Source: an uncultured Eubacteriales bacterium
GTDB lineage: Bacteria > Bacillota > Clostridia > Monoglobales > CAYZNM01
Assembly (NCBI GenBank): GCA_964479875.1
Contig: CAYZNM010000016.1
Location: 412-64,411 of the forward strand
DNA length: 64,000 nt
Reading direction: 5' to 3'
Numbering within the stretch: position 1 is the first letter of the stretch; the number at the start of each line of letters is the position of its first letter. The notes beneath the pieces are model-generated. The model searched no databases. It was not told where the DNA came from and saw only the letters and a program-made list of their open reading frames with translations. Of the stretch, positions 53,714-61,900 are shown piece after piece. The position numbers and the translations under genes were made by a program.

Positions 53714-55585
53714 CTAAAACAAATACTTAACTCGTTCACTGCCTAAAAACACACACAGAATGCGGGAGATGTAGTTTAAGGCCGCCATTTCCTCTGCGTG
53801 CCACATGCGTTTTGTTGTGCAATCATCAAAGCCGATGAAGCCTCGTATTTCGCCTTTGTGGAAAAAGGCGCACTGCAATATCGACTTAATTCCTTGCTCT
53901 TGCAATGCGGAAGATGTTAGTTCGTCCAGCGTTGCAATGTCGTTGCAGCAAAATGTTCCGTCCTCGTTATAATGTTTATACAAGTGTCCTATATATTCAA
54001 CAGGCACATTTTGCAGATGCTTGATAAAAGGTTCGATGCCCTTTTTGCACCACTCGTATGTGTTGCTTATGGTTTTATTGTCGTCGGAATGCTCGAATAT
54101 ATAGCAACGGTCTACGTTATACCTAGTGCCAAGAATAGTTAGCACCATGTTAACCGTGGTGTAAATATCCTTTGTTTCATAAAGCATTTCAAATACATTG
54201 TAGATTAAATCGTCGGCATAATAGCTTGCTACAAAACGTTCCAACTGCTCATGCGTCGTCGCGTCATTGCTTATGAAGCATCTGTCGTTGCCGCTGTATA
54301 TAGTGAAGCAGTCCTTGCCCTTGCTTTTTGACTGATACAGCGCGCTGTCCGATATGCGGTACAGCGAATCGAAATCCCTCGCGTGTTGCGGACATAGCGC
54401 TATGCCTACGCTGCCGGAAATTTTATACTCATTGTGCTCGCCGGAGAATGTACGGCGGAATGCGTCGGTTATAGCTTTTGCTTTTTCGGCAATTATCGTT
54501 TCGGATTTTGTGTTGCGAAGGAAAACTACAAATTCATCGCCGCCTATGCGTCCGATGATGTCGCTGTCCCTGAAAATTCCCTTAAGCTTTTGCGCAACGT
54601 CGACAAGAACGCCGTCGCCGAATTGATGCCCAAGCGTGTCGTTTACCCCTTTGAAGTTGTCGATGTCCACCAGCATCAGGGCTGCGTTTTCGCCTTCATC
54701 CATTTCCGCAATGTACTTCTCGATTCTAACTCGAGTTTCTTCTTTATTATATAGCTTTGTCAATGGGTCGGCTTCGGCCTTGCGCGTAAGCTTTGCGATG
54801 TACTGCTTGTGCTGCGTCACGTCGACCATCTTGCCTATTACGCGCACAGGCGTGTTGTTTTCGTCGAACAAGGTGTGATAATATAAGGTATACCACGCGT
54901 CAGAGCCATCCGGAAGCTTTAGGCGTATCTCCTCGCCCATGGATTGGTTCTTATTTAATCTGCTGTAGTTTCCGGCGAAAAATGCTTTGCTCTCGTCGGA
55001 TATAACGTCTAGGTTAATAATCGAGTTGGGGTAGTCGTCGTACACCTCGTTGATGTTAAACCGCTGCGCGATATTTTTGGAAAAAGATACGCGGCGGCGT
55101 GAGATATCCAGGTCGAAAATCGCGTCGTTTGTAAGGCTTACAATAATGTCGTTATATTCCTGCTGTTTCTTTAATTCTTCTACCAACCCAACATGTTTAG
55201 TTATGTCCACGATGAGGTAACATATTTGTTTCTCGCCCTGTTTGTTATCTACAATCCTTCCGCTGAAGTGTACCCAATTGTAGCCCTTGCTTTTGTTGGC
55301 AAGCCTTGCTTGTATGCTAAAAAAGCCGTCCCGCAGCGTTTGCTCTGCAAATGTGCGAAGCCCATCGGCTATATCATCGGGGTGCAGCGTCAGAACCCCT
55401 TTGTTCTCGTACTTCTCGTACAATTCTTCCTTTGAATATCCAACTAAATCAAAATATCCTTTATTGGCGTGAGTTATCGTAAAGCTCTCATCAGCCTTAG
55501 AAATAAGTATACCCCCGGGGATCGAGGCATTCACAATATCAATATCCTCAAGGTCTTTAACCAATAATTCCTTGTGCTCTTTCAT
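53714..55585 (-). CDS. PAS-PAS-GGDEF-GAF diguanylate cyclase
   Basis: LHPDD PAS, DPLTKLYNK, DIDNFK.VND.LGH..GD, RDSD I-site and RIGGDEF; C-terminal GAF (DRCYIFE, GFIGFDDC). Confidence 0.92.
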   Translation of the reverse strand: MKEHKELLVKDLEDIDIVNASIPGGILISKADESFTITHANKGYFDLVGYSKEELYEKYENKGVLTLHPDDIADGLRTFAEQTLRDGFFSIQARLANKSKGYNWVHFSGRIVDNKQGEKQICYLIVDITKHVGLVEELKKQQEYNDIIVSLTNDAIFDLDISRRRVSFSKNIAQRFNINEVYDDYPNSIINLDVISDESKAFFAGNYSRLNKNQSMGEEIRLKLPDGSDAWYTLYYHTLFDENNTPVRVIGKMVDVTQHKQYIAKLTRKAEADPLTKLYNKEETRVRIEKYIAEMDEGENAALMLVDIDNFKGVNDTLGHQFGDGVLVDVAQKLKGIFRDSDIIGRIGGDEFVVFLRNTKSETIIAEKAKAITDAFRRTFSGEHNEYKISGSVGIALCPQHARDFDSLYRISDSALYQSKSKGKDCFTIYSGNDRCFISNDATTHEQLERFVASYYADDLIYNVFEMLYETKDIYTTVNMVLTILGTRYNVDRCYIFEHSDDNKTISNTYEWCKKGIEPFIKHLQNVPVEYIGHLYKHYNEDGTFCCNDIATLDELTSSALQEQGIKSILQCAFFHKGEIRGFIGFDDCTTKRMWHAEEMAALNYISRILCVFLGSERVKYLF

Positions 55586-55898
55586 CCTTCACCAGCTCCA
55601 AACTTTATAAACCTTGCGTTGATATAAATTCTTCATTTATATGGTAAATACCTTCTATAAGTATATAAACAGTATCACTAAAGTTTTTACTTATTCTCGT
55701 AAATTTATACCATTTATTACAAAATTTTACTAATAGAGTTATCATGTCTATTATACCACAACCTACAAAAATAATCAATGGTATATTTGTGGTATTGTTT
55801 AAAAAGGCTAAAAATCACACAAAAAAGTTTATCATGAATTTTGGTTGAAAATATAAGCTTCCTATGCTATAGTATTAATACCAAAGGGAGGGGATAAA

Positions 55899-56726
55899 AT
55901 GTCAGACATTATTACAGGGTGGGAGTTTCATAAGAGGTCGCATTTTGACGAAATTGTTGAAAACTACGACAAGGCGCGTCCGCGTTATCCAAGCGAGTTG
56001 TTCGAGGATATTTTCAAGTATGTGAGTGAGGCTGATGGCAAAAGGGCTCTTGAGATTGGCGCAGGGACTGGGAAGGCGACCGCTCCTATATTGGACGCAG
56101 GGTATGATGTGACGGCAGTGGAGCTTGGCGCGAATATGGCAGAGTTTTTGACAGAAAGGTTTAAGGGGAACAGCAGCTTCAACGTAATTGTCGACTCATT
56201 CGAGAACGTACCGCTGGAGGATGAAAGCTATGACTTGATATATGCAGGCTCTGCCTTCCATTGGGTCGAAGCCGAGATAGGCTGCCCCAAGGCTTTGCGC
56301 CTGCTGAAAAGCGGCGGCGCGATTGCGCTTTTCCGCTACAACATAGACCCTGCCGACGGCGAAGAGCTTTATGAGGAAATCCAATCAATCTATCGAAAGC
56401 ATTACTGTACCTATTACACGTCGAATGAAAGGCGGTCGAAAAAATCACGCGAAGACTTCCAAACACCCTCCGGGATTTATACTGGATTCAGGTTCGAGGA
56501 TTTAAGGGCGTACGGCTTTAGAGATGTGACGATGAAGTTTTACGATGTGAGCCGAATGTACAGCGCGGACGAGTATATCGCCTATATCGACACAATGGCT
56601 GACCACAGGGGCTTGCCTGATGAGAATAGGGCGGCGCTGTACGCGGGAGTGAAGGAAGCTATAATAAAGCACGGCGGGCATTTCAAAATTGACTTCATTT
56701 TCCAGCTGTATATCGGTAGGAAGTAG
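55899..56726 (+). CDS. Class I SAM-dependent methyltransferase
   Basis: FDEIVENYDKARP.YP, LEIGAGTGKAT and YDLIYAGSAFHW. Confidence 0.9.
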   Translation: MSDIITGWEFHKRSHFDEIVENYDKARPRYPSELFEDIFKYVSEADGKRALEIGAGTGKATAPILDAGYDVTAVELGANMAEFLTERFKGNSSFNVIVDSFENVPLEDESYDLIYAGSAFHWVEAEIGCPKALRLLKSGGAIALFRYNIDPADGEELYEEIQSIYRKHYCTYYTSNERRSKKSREDFQTPSGIYTGFRFEDLRAYGFRDVTMKFYDVSRMYSADEYIAYIDTMADHRGLPDENRAALYAGVKEAIIKHGGHFKIDFIFQLYIGRK

Positions 56727-56817
56727 GCTGATTTGCATTCTTGCATAATCTTGCAACAATTGCACGGAAATGCCGTTCGCACTCTGCTATACTGTAGTTA
56801 AAGGGGGGGATATATAC

Positions 56818-57690
56818 ATGGACTGGATACAACGTATGAACAACGCTATGGAGTACATCGAGCAGCACCTGCAAGATAAGATGGACTATGAAGCATTGGC
56901 GCAGTCGGCGTGCTGCTCTGCCTATCACTTTCAGCGTATGTTTTCGGCGATTGCGGACATTCCGCTGTCGGAATATATACGCCGCCGCAAGATGACTGCC
57001 GCCGCATTCGAGCTACAAAGCTGCGACGTCAAGGTCGTCGACGTTGCGTTAAAGTTCGGCTACGACTCGCCCGAGGCATTCACGCGCGCGTTCACGCAGA
57101 TGCACGGCATAACGCCGTCGAACGCACGCAAGGCCGGCGTCGTAATCAAAGCCTATCCGCGCATGTCCTTCCAACTCACTATCAAGGGGGATACAGAGAT
57201 GAACTACAGAATCGTGCAAAAGCCCGCATTTCAATTGTACGGAATCGAACGCATATTCGATACCAAGGACGGCAAGAACTTAATCGACGTGCCAAACTTC
57301 TGGCAGGAGATAATGAGCAACGGTGAGTTTGAAAAATTAGCAAAGTCATGCGACTTCCCATCGACCGCGCAAGCCATATGCGACTATCGCCCAATAGGCG
57401 GCGAACAGTTTGTGTACATGATAGGCTGCATGAAAACGCCGCTGTCCAACACCGACGGGTACACTGTCGTTGACATACCCGCGTCCACATGGGCAATCTT
57501 CAAGAACGAGCCGCACACCATCGAGGAAACTTCAAAAGAAACCCAAAGCTTAATCCGCCGCATTTACACTGATTGGCTGCCCACGGCTAACTACGACAAG
57601 GTAGATAGTTTTGAGCTGGAGCTATACTATGACACAACGGACGGACGCTTCTATGAGGAAGCGTGGGTTCGCGTGCAGCCTAAAGCTTAA
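56818..57690 (+). CDS. AraC-family regulator with GyrI-like effector-binding domain
   Basis: Start MDWIQRMNNAMEYIE after GGGGGGA; S.YHFQRMF, EYIRRRKM, GYDSPEAFTRAF...HG.TP and C-terminal IYTDWLP..ELY. Confidence 0.92.
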   Translation: MDWIQRMNNAMEYIEQHLQDKMDYEALAQSACCSAYHFQRMFSAIADIPLSEYIRRRKMTAAAFELQSCDVKVVDVALKFGYDSPEAFTRAFTQMHGITPSNARKAGVVIKAYPRMSFQLTIKGDTEMNYRIVQKPAFQLYGIERIFDTKDGKNLIDVPNFWQEIMSNGEFEKLAKSCDFPSTAQAICDYRPIGGEQFVYMIGCMKTPLSNTDGYTVVDIPASTWAIFKNEPHTIEETSKETQSLIRRIYTDWLPTANYDKVDSFELELYYDTTDGRFYEEAWVRVQPKA

Positions 57691-57694
57691 TAGC

Positions 57695-57732
57695 AAACAC
57701 CCTTCACCGCAAATATGGTGAAGGGTGTTTTT
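57695..57732 (+). terminator. Rho-independent terminator after AraC gene
   Basis: AAACACCCTTCACC-N8-GGTGAAGGGTGTTT followed by T residues. Confidence 0.8.
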
Positions 57733-57937
57733 GCCAAAAAGCCGCCGTCATTCATTACCATTGAGCACAGCATAAGTTTTGCAGCAACATCATCTATAAA
57801 TTATTTTGGTGTATCTTAAACGAAATTCATGCCTTTACATAGCCGACTTCTTCCAATTTTACCATATTAATTCAATTACGGCTCGATAAAAAGCTTTGCA
57901 AATTCAGCATACTCAAACAACTTTAAAACAATCTGCT

Positions 57938-58010
57938 AGTCAATCACGTTTCCTTGATTATATCAGCATTTGTCGCACTTCTGATGTAATTGAATGAAAC
58001 GTGATTGACT
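57938..58010. repeat. 73-bp palindromic element, copy C
   Basis: AGTCAATCACGTTTC-N43-GAAACGTGATTGACT, with a compensatory G-C to A-T change relative to copy A. Confidence 0.85.
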
Positions 58011-58339
58011 ATATTAAGGTTATTTGAACGTATAAAATGCCACAAATCGTCCAGCCCTATAACAATCTCACCCTTCAGCCCTTGCTTGCGTCCGTTTGTT
58101 TTAGCGTACTTTCTAATCCAGCGCATAATTGTAGACGGGTGCACATGCAATATACCGCCGATTACTGCAAAAGACAGCCCAAAGCAGTAAAGCAAAACAG
58201 CGACTTGCTCCTCCTGCGCGGTATGCCTTCCGTGCTCGCTGATAAATTGGTGCTTGCATTCTTTGCAGAGATAACACTGCTGCCCTTCACGCTTCCCGTT
58301 CTTTTTTATTTGCTGCGACCCGCACCGTTTACATTTCAT
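57944..58339 (-). pseudogene. IS1-family transposase remnant (InsA-like zinc ribbon + HTH, catalytic part missing)
   Basis: CKRCGS...KNG..EGQQCYLCKECKHQF, HTH (LSFAVIGGILHVHPSTIMRWI), then LDDLWHFI resembling the start of the DDE region; ORF ends inside repeat copy C. Confidence 0.7.
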
Positions 58340-58358
58340 AACATCACCTCATCAATAT

Positions 58359-58431
58359 AGTCAATCGCTTTTCGTTCCGCGACTATAAAACTACGACAAG
58401 CACAGACATAATCAAGGAAACGCGATTGACT
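58359..58431. repeat. 73-bp palindromic element, copy B (inverted relative to A and C)
   Basis: AGTCAATCGCTTTTC-N43-GAAACGCGATTGACT; its reverse complement aligns without gaps to A and C. Confidence 0.85.
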
Positions 58432-58511
58432 TGCACACGCTTTTAAATCGCCTCAACTATACTATAACACGCCGGAATAAGTTTTGCAATAGGGATTTAT
58501 GAAAAAAAGAC

Positions 58512-58540
58512 TTGCATTCGCTTTTGCTTTATGCTATAAT
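58512..58540 (+). promoter_or_regulatory. tRNA operon promoter
   Basis: TTGCAT (58512-58517), 17 bp, TG-N-TATAAT (58535-58540). Confidence 0.7.
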
Positions 58541-58558
58541 ACTAAATGTCGAAAGCAA

Positions 58559-58650
58559 GGAGAGATGGCTGAGTTGGTCGAAGGTGCACGATTGGAAATC
58601 GTGTGTGCGTTAATAGCGTACCGAGGGTTCGAATCCCTCTCTCTCCGCCA
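58559..58650 (+). tRNA. tRNA-Ser (GGA)
   Basis: GGAGAGA acceptor stem, anticodon arm CACGA-TTGGAAA-TCGTG, long variable arm, GGTTCGAATCC T-loop, encoded CCA. Confidence 0.95.
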
Positions 58651-58729
58651 GTTTTCACTTTATGCAAAAGCAATTTTGCACACACAAAATAATTGCAACA
58701 TTTTTACAACAATTTAATAAACAACACAC

Positions 58730-58820
58730 GGAGAGGTACCCAAGCAGGTGAAGGGGACGGTTTGCTAAACCGTTAGGTCGGGTAACTGGCGCGAGGGTTC
58801 GAATCCCTCTCTCTCCGCCA
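58730..58820 (+). tRNA. tRNA-Ser (GCT)
   Basis: Anticodon arm ACGGT-TTGCTAA-ACCGT, long variable arm, T-loop, encoded CCA. Confidence 0.95.
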
Positions 58821-58824
58821 ACAC

Positions 58825-58867
58825 AAAACGCTCAAATTTGCAAATACTGCGGATTTGGGCGTTTTTT
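58825..58867 (+). terminator. Terminator after tRNA genes
   Basis: AAAACGCTCAAATTTGCA-N5-TGCGGATTTGGGCGTTTTTT hairpin with G-U pairs. Confidence 0.7.
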
Positions 58868-59013
58868 ACATATAACCCCAAATATCTATATCAAGCAGCA
58901 ACTGATGATAAACTTCTGTCTTGCCAACAAACTTGTACTAACAAGTCTGGAGGTGAAACAGAAGTTTTTTGCATTTATCAACCTAATTAACCCATTGAAA
59001 GGATTATCTTATC

Positions 59014-59802
59014 ATGCCTAACACAAATATCATAGCTATATGTAATCAAAAAGGCGGCGTAGGGAAAACCACCACAACCGCCAACCTCGGAATCGGTCTT
59101 GCCCGAAAAGGCAAACGCATCTTGCTCATAGACGCAGATGCCCAAGGCTCACTGACAATAAGCCTTGGGCATAGACAACCGGATAAAATACCAACGACAC
59201 TCGCAACGGTCTTAGGTAAACTCTTAACCGACACCAACATTATACCATATGAAGGGATACTACGCCATGATGAGGGCGTAGACTTAATGCCTGCAAATAT
59301 AGAGCTGTCGGGGATAGAAGTATCGCTTGTCAACGTGATGAGTAGGGAAACCATACTCAAGCAGTATATTGATATGGTTAAGAACGAGTACGACTACATC
59401 ATCATCGACTGTATGCCATCGCTCAGTATGCTGACCATCAACGCACTTGCCGCTGCTGATAGTGTTATCATTCCTGTGCAAGCGCAGTATCTACCTGTCA
59501 AGGGATTGGAGCAGTTGCTGCATACCATAGGTAAAGTACGCCGTCAGATTAACCCTAAGCTAACCATAAACGGCATACTGCTCACGATGGTTGACAACCG
59601 CACTAACTACGCAAAGGACATTATCTCGCTACTTAACGATACCTACGGTGATAAACTCCGCATATATACAAACAGCATACCTCTCTCAGTACGTGCCGCA
59701 GAAATCAGCGTAGAAGGCAAAAGCATCTACGCACACGACCCAAATGGTAAAGTTGCCGCTGCCTACGAATCCTTAACACAGGAGGTACTCGGCAATGCTT
59801 AA
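59014..59802 (+). CDS. parA: ParA/Soj family ATPase
   Basis: Deviant Walker A NQKGGVGKTTT, LIDAD.QGSLT, DYIIIDCMPSL and NALAAAD. Confidence 0.94.
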   Translation: MPNTNIIAICNQKGGVGKTTTTANLGIGLARKGKRILLIDADAQGSLTISLGHRQPDKIPTTLATVLGKLLTDTNIIPYEGILRHDEGVDLMPANIELSGIEVSLVNVMSRETILKQYIDMVKNEYDYIIIDCMPSLSMLTINALAAADSVIIPVQAQYLPVKGLEQLLHTIGKVRRQINPKLTINGILLTMVDNRTNYAKDIISLLNDTYGDKLRIYTNSIPLSVRAAEISVEGKSIYAHDPNGKVAAAYESLTQEVLGNA

Positions 59803-60730
59803 ACGAAGCAGTGTTGCTGATATAAAGCTGTCCTCCTTTGATGATTTACTCAATGCAAGCGATACAAGAGAGAGTGTGCTTGACATACCCATATCCGAAC
59901 TACACCCATTTGCCAATCACCCGTTCAAGGTGACAGACGATGACGCAATGCATGACACCGCCGACAGTATCGCAAAATACGGCGTACTCGTTCCGGCAAT
60001 CGCACGACCACGTGAGGACGGCGGGTATGAACTCATAGCCGGACACAGACGTAAACGCGCGAGTGAGCTTGCGGGTTTACTAACCATGCCTGTAATCGTG
60101 CGCGAGCTTGATGATGATGAAGCCACCGTCATCATGGTTGACAGCAATCTACAACGTGAAACTCTGCTGTTCAGCGAGAAAGCGTTTGCGTACAAGATGA
60201 AGTTGGAAGCTATGAAGCGGCAGACGGGTAGACCGTCCAAAGATAATGTGTCCCAACTTGGGACACAAAAACGTTCCGACCAACTTTTAGCAGAACAAAC
60301 AGGTGAAAGCCGTAATCAAATCCAACGTTACATTCGCCTTACCTCACTCACTTCCTCTCTACTCGACATGGTAGACGAACGCCGCATAGCCTTCAACCCC
60401 GCCGTAGAGCTATCCTACTTATCTCACGAGGAACAGTCGTGGCTACTATGTGCCATAGAATCCGAACAGGCTACTCCTTCTCTGTCACAGGCACAACGTA
60501 TGAAGAAATTCTCACAGGACGGCAAACTGTCCGAAGATATGATACTCGCCATACTGTCTGAAGAAAAGAAGGAAACAACGAAGGTAACATTCACAGGCAG
60601 CAAGCTGAAACGATACTTCCCTTCCTCCTACACGCCGCGACAGATGGAAGATACCATCATCGCCCTGCTCGAAGGTTGGGCGAATCAGCAGAACGCAGAT
60701 AATCGCACCATTGACAAAGACGCTCACTGA
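59795..60730 (+). CDS. parB: ParB/RepB/Spo0J family partition protein
   Basis: HPF.NHPFKV, SI..YGVL.P...R.R..GGYELIAGHRRKRA and MVDSNLQRE..LFSEKAFAYKMK. Confidence 0.92.
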   Translation: MLKRSSVADIKLSSFDDLLNASDTRESVLDIPISELHPFANHPFKVTDDDAMHDTADSIAKYGVLVPAIARPREDGGYELIAGHRRKRASELAGLLTMPVIVRELDDDEATVIMVDSNLQRETLLFSEKAFAYKMKLEAMKRQTGRPSKDNVSQLGTQKRSDQLLAEQTGESRNQIQRYIRLTSLTSSLLDMVDERRIAFNPAVELSYLSHEEQSWLLCAIESEQATPSLSQAQRMKKFSQDGKLSEDMILAILSEEKKETTKVTFTGSKLKRYFPSSYTPRQMEDTIIALLEGWANQQNADNRTIDKDAH

Positions 60731-60859
60731 GCGTCTTTTTGTGTTATGACACGATTACGGCTGTAAGCCGTATTTAATATATGGACAAAACATAAATCAC
60801 AAACGCATAGCTCGAATATGCCTATGCTTAGTTTGTGTTTGCCAAAACGGAGGTTCACA

Positions 60860-61861
60860 ATGGCAGTATTACGAGTAGAGAAAAACAAAGGCTACACAGT
60901 GATGTCCAACCATCACTTAAAGAATAAAGAACTATCGCTCAAAAGTAAAGGATTACTCAGCATCATTTTATCACTTCCCGATGAGTGGGACTATTCCACA
61001 CGCGGACTTGCCGCTATATGCAAAGAAGGCGTAGAGTGTATCGGCAATACACTCAAGGAATTGGAAGCGGCAGGGTATGTAATACGCAATCGCCTACGTG
61101 ATGACAAAGGCCGTATTACCGACACCGAGTACGTAATATACGAAGTGCCTGTCAACAAACCAACTAACAACCGAGAGGACATTTATCCATGTACGGAAAA
61201 CCCGTATGTGGATAACACCCGCTCTGGAAGCCAACATAACGCAAGTGAGCGCGTTGCTCCTATCGACACAGCCGAGGTTATCCATAACGGCATTTCACCA
61301 CGTACGGGAAACCCGTATATGGATAACCCGTATACGGATAAGCCTAATACGGTAATGCCGTATACGGAAAACCAGTCGCAATATAATACTAAGACTATTA
61401 AAGACATAAAAGAATTAAATACCAATACATCAAATACCCATCAATCAATCACCGTCGCAACTGCCATACCTGTGGATAAGTCTGTGCATAGCCCTGTGCA
61501 AAACCCGATTGATGAGATGGACAGGTATATGCGACTGATAATGTCGAACATCGAGTATAGCATACTCATACAGAAATACGACTACAGACGCGTAGACGAA
61601 ATCGTCAGGCTCATGTTTGACACAGTGTGTTCCACACGCGATACTATCCGCATAGGCGGCGATGATATGCCTGCCAACATAGTGAAGAGCCGATTGCTCA
61701 AACTCGATTCATCGCACATCGAGTATGTATTCGAGTGCCTCGACAAGAACACAACAAAGGTAGGCAATATCAAAGCATATCTGCTCACTACGCTGTATAA
61801 CGCTCCTGTCACGATAGACGCGTACTACCGTGCCGAGGTGAATCATGATATGTTCGGCTAA
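60860..61861 (+). CDS. Replication initiator-like protein (N-terminal HTH, C-terminal DUF6017-like domain)
   Basis: Start MAVLRVEKNKGYTVMSNHHL after GGAGG; LSLK.KGLLS..LSLPDEWDYS..GLA; C-terminal VKSRLLKL...HIEYV....NIKAYLLTTLYNAP.T...YY. Confidence 0.85.
   Translation: MAVLRVEKNKGYTVMSNHHLKNKELSLKSKGLLSIILSLPDEWDYSTRGLAAICKEGVECIGNTLKELEAAGYVIRNRLRDDKGRITDTEYVIYEVPVNKPTNNREDIYPCTENPYVDNTRSGSQHNASERVAPIDTAEVIHNGISPRTGNPYMDNPYTDKPNTVMPYTENQSQYNTKTIKDIKELNTNTSNTHQSITVATAIPVDKSVHSPVQNPIDEMDRYMRLIMSNIEYSILIQKYDYRRVDEIVRLMFDTVCSTRDTIRIGGDDMPANIVKSRLLKLDSSHIEYVFECLDKNTTKVGNIKAYLLTTLYNAPVTIDAYYRAEVNHDMFG
61187..61372 (+). repeat. Iteron-like 15-bp repeats inside rep gene
   Basis: Seven CCRTATACGGAWAAC-like units at 61187, 61202, 61298, 61313, 61328, 61343 and 61358. 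Confidence 0.8.
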
Positions 61862-61900
61862 CGGTACGTGCTTAAATAATAAACAGTCTTGGAGGTACCA

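Noticed and set aside
49190-55898. c-di-GMP riboswitch near the GGDEF/HD-GYP genes
   Set aside because: No GEMM-like GGCAAA…GAAA…GACGCAAA pattern seen. The 73-bp element lies in opposite orientations relative to neighbouring genes, arguing against a cis riboswitch. An Infernal scan would be definitive.
57944-58339. Intact IS1 element
   Set aside because: The DDE catalytic region is cut off after LDDLWHFI, and no InsB frame or IS1-type terminal repeats were recognised; reported as a remnant.
53582-58431. Canonical integron attC sites
   Set aside because: The ends are AGTCAAT/ATTGACT rather than RYYYAAC/GTTRRRY, one copy is inverted, and no integrase or attI is in the window. Kept only as an unexplained element.
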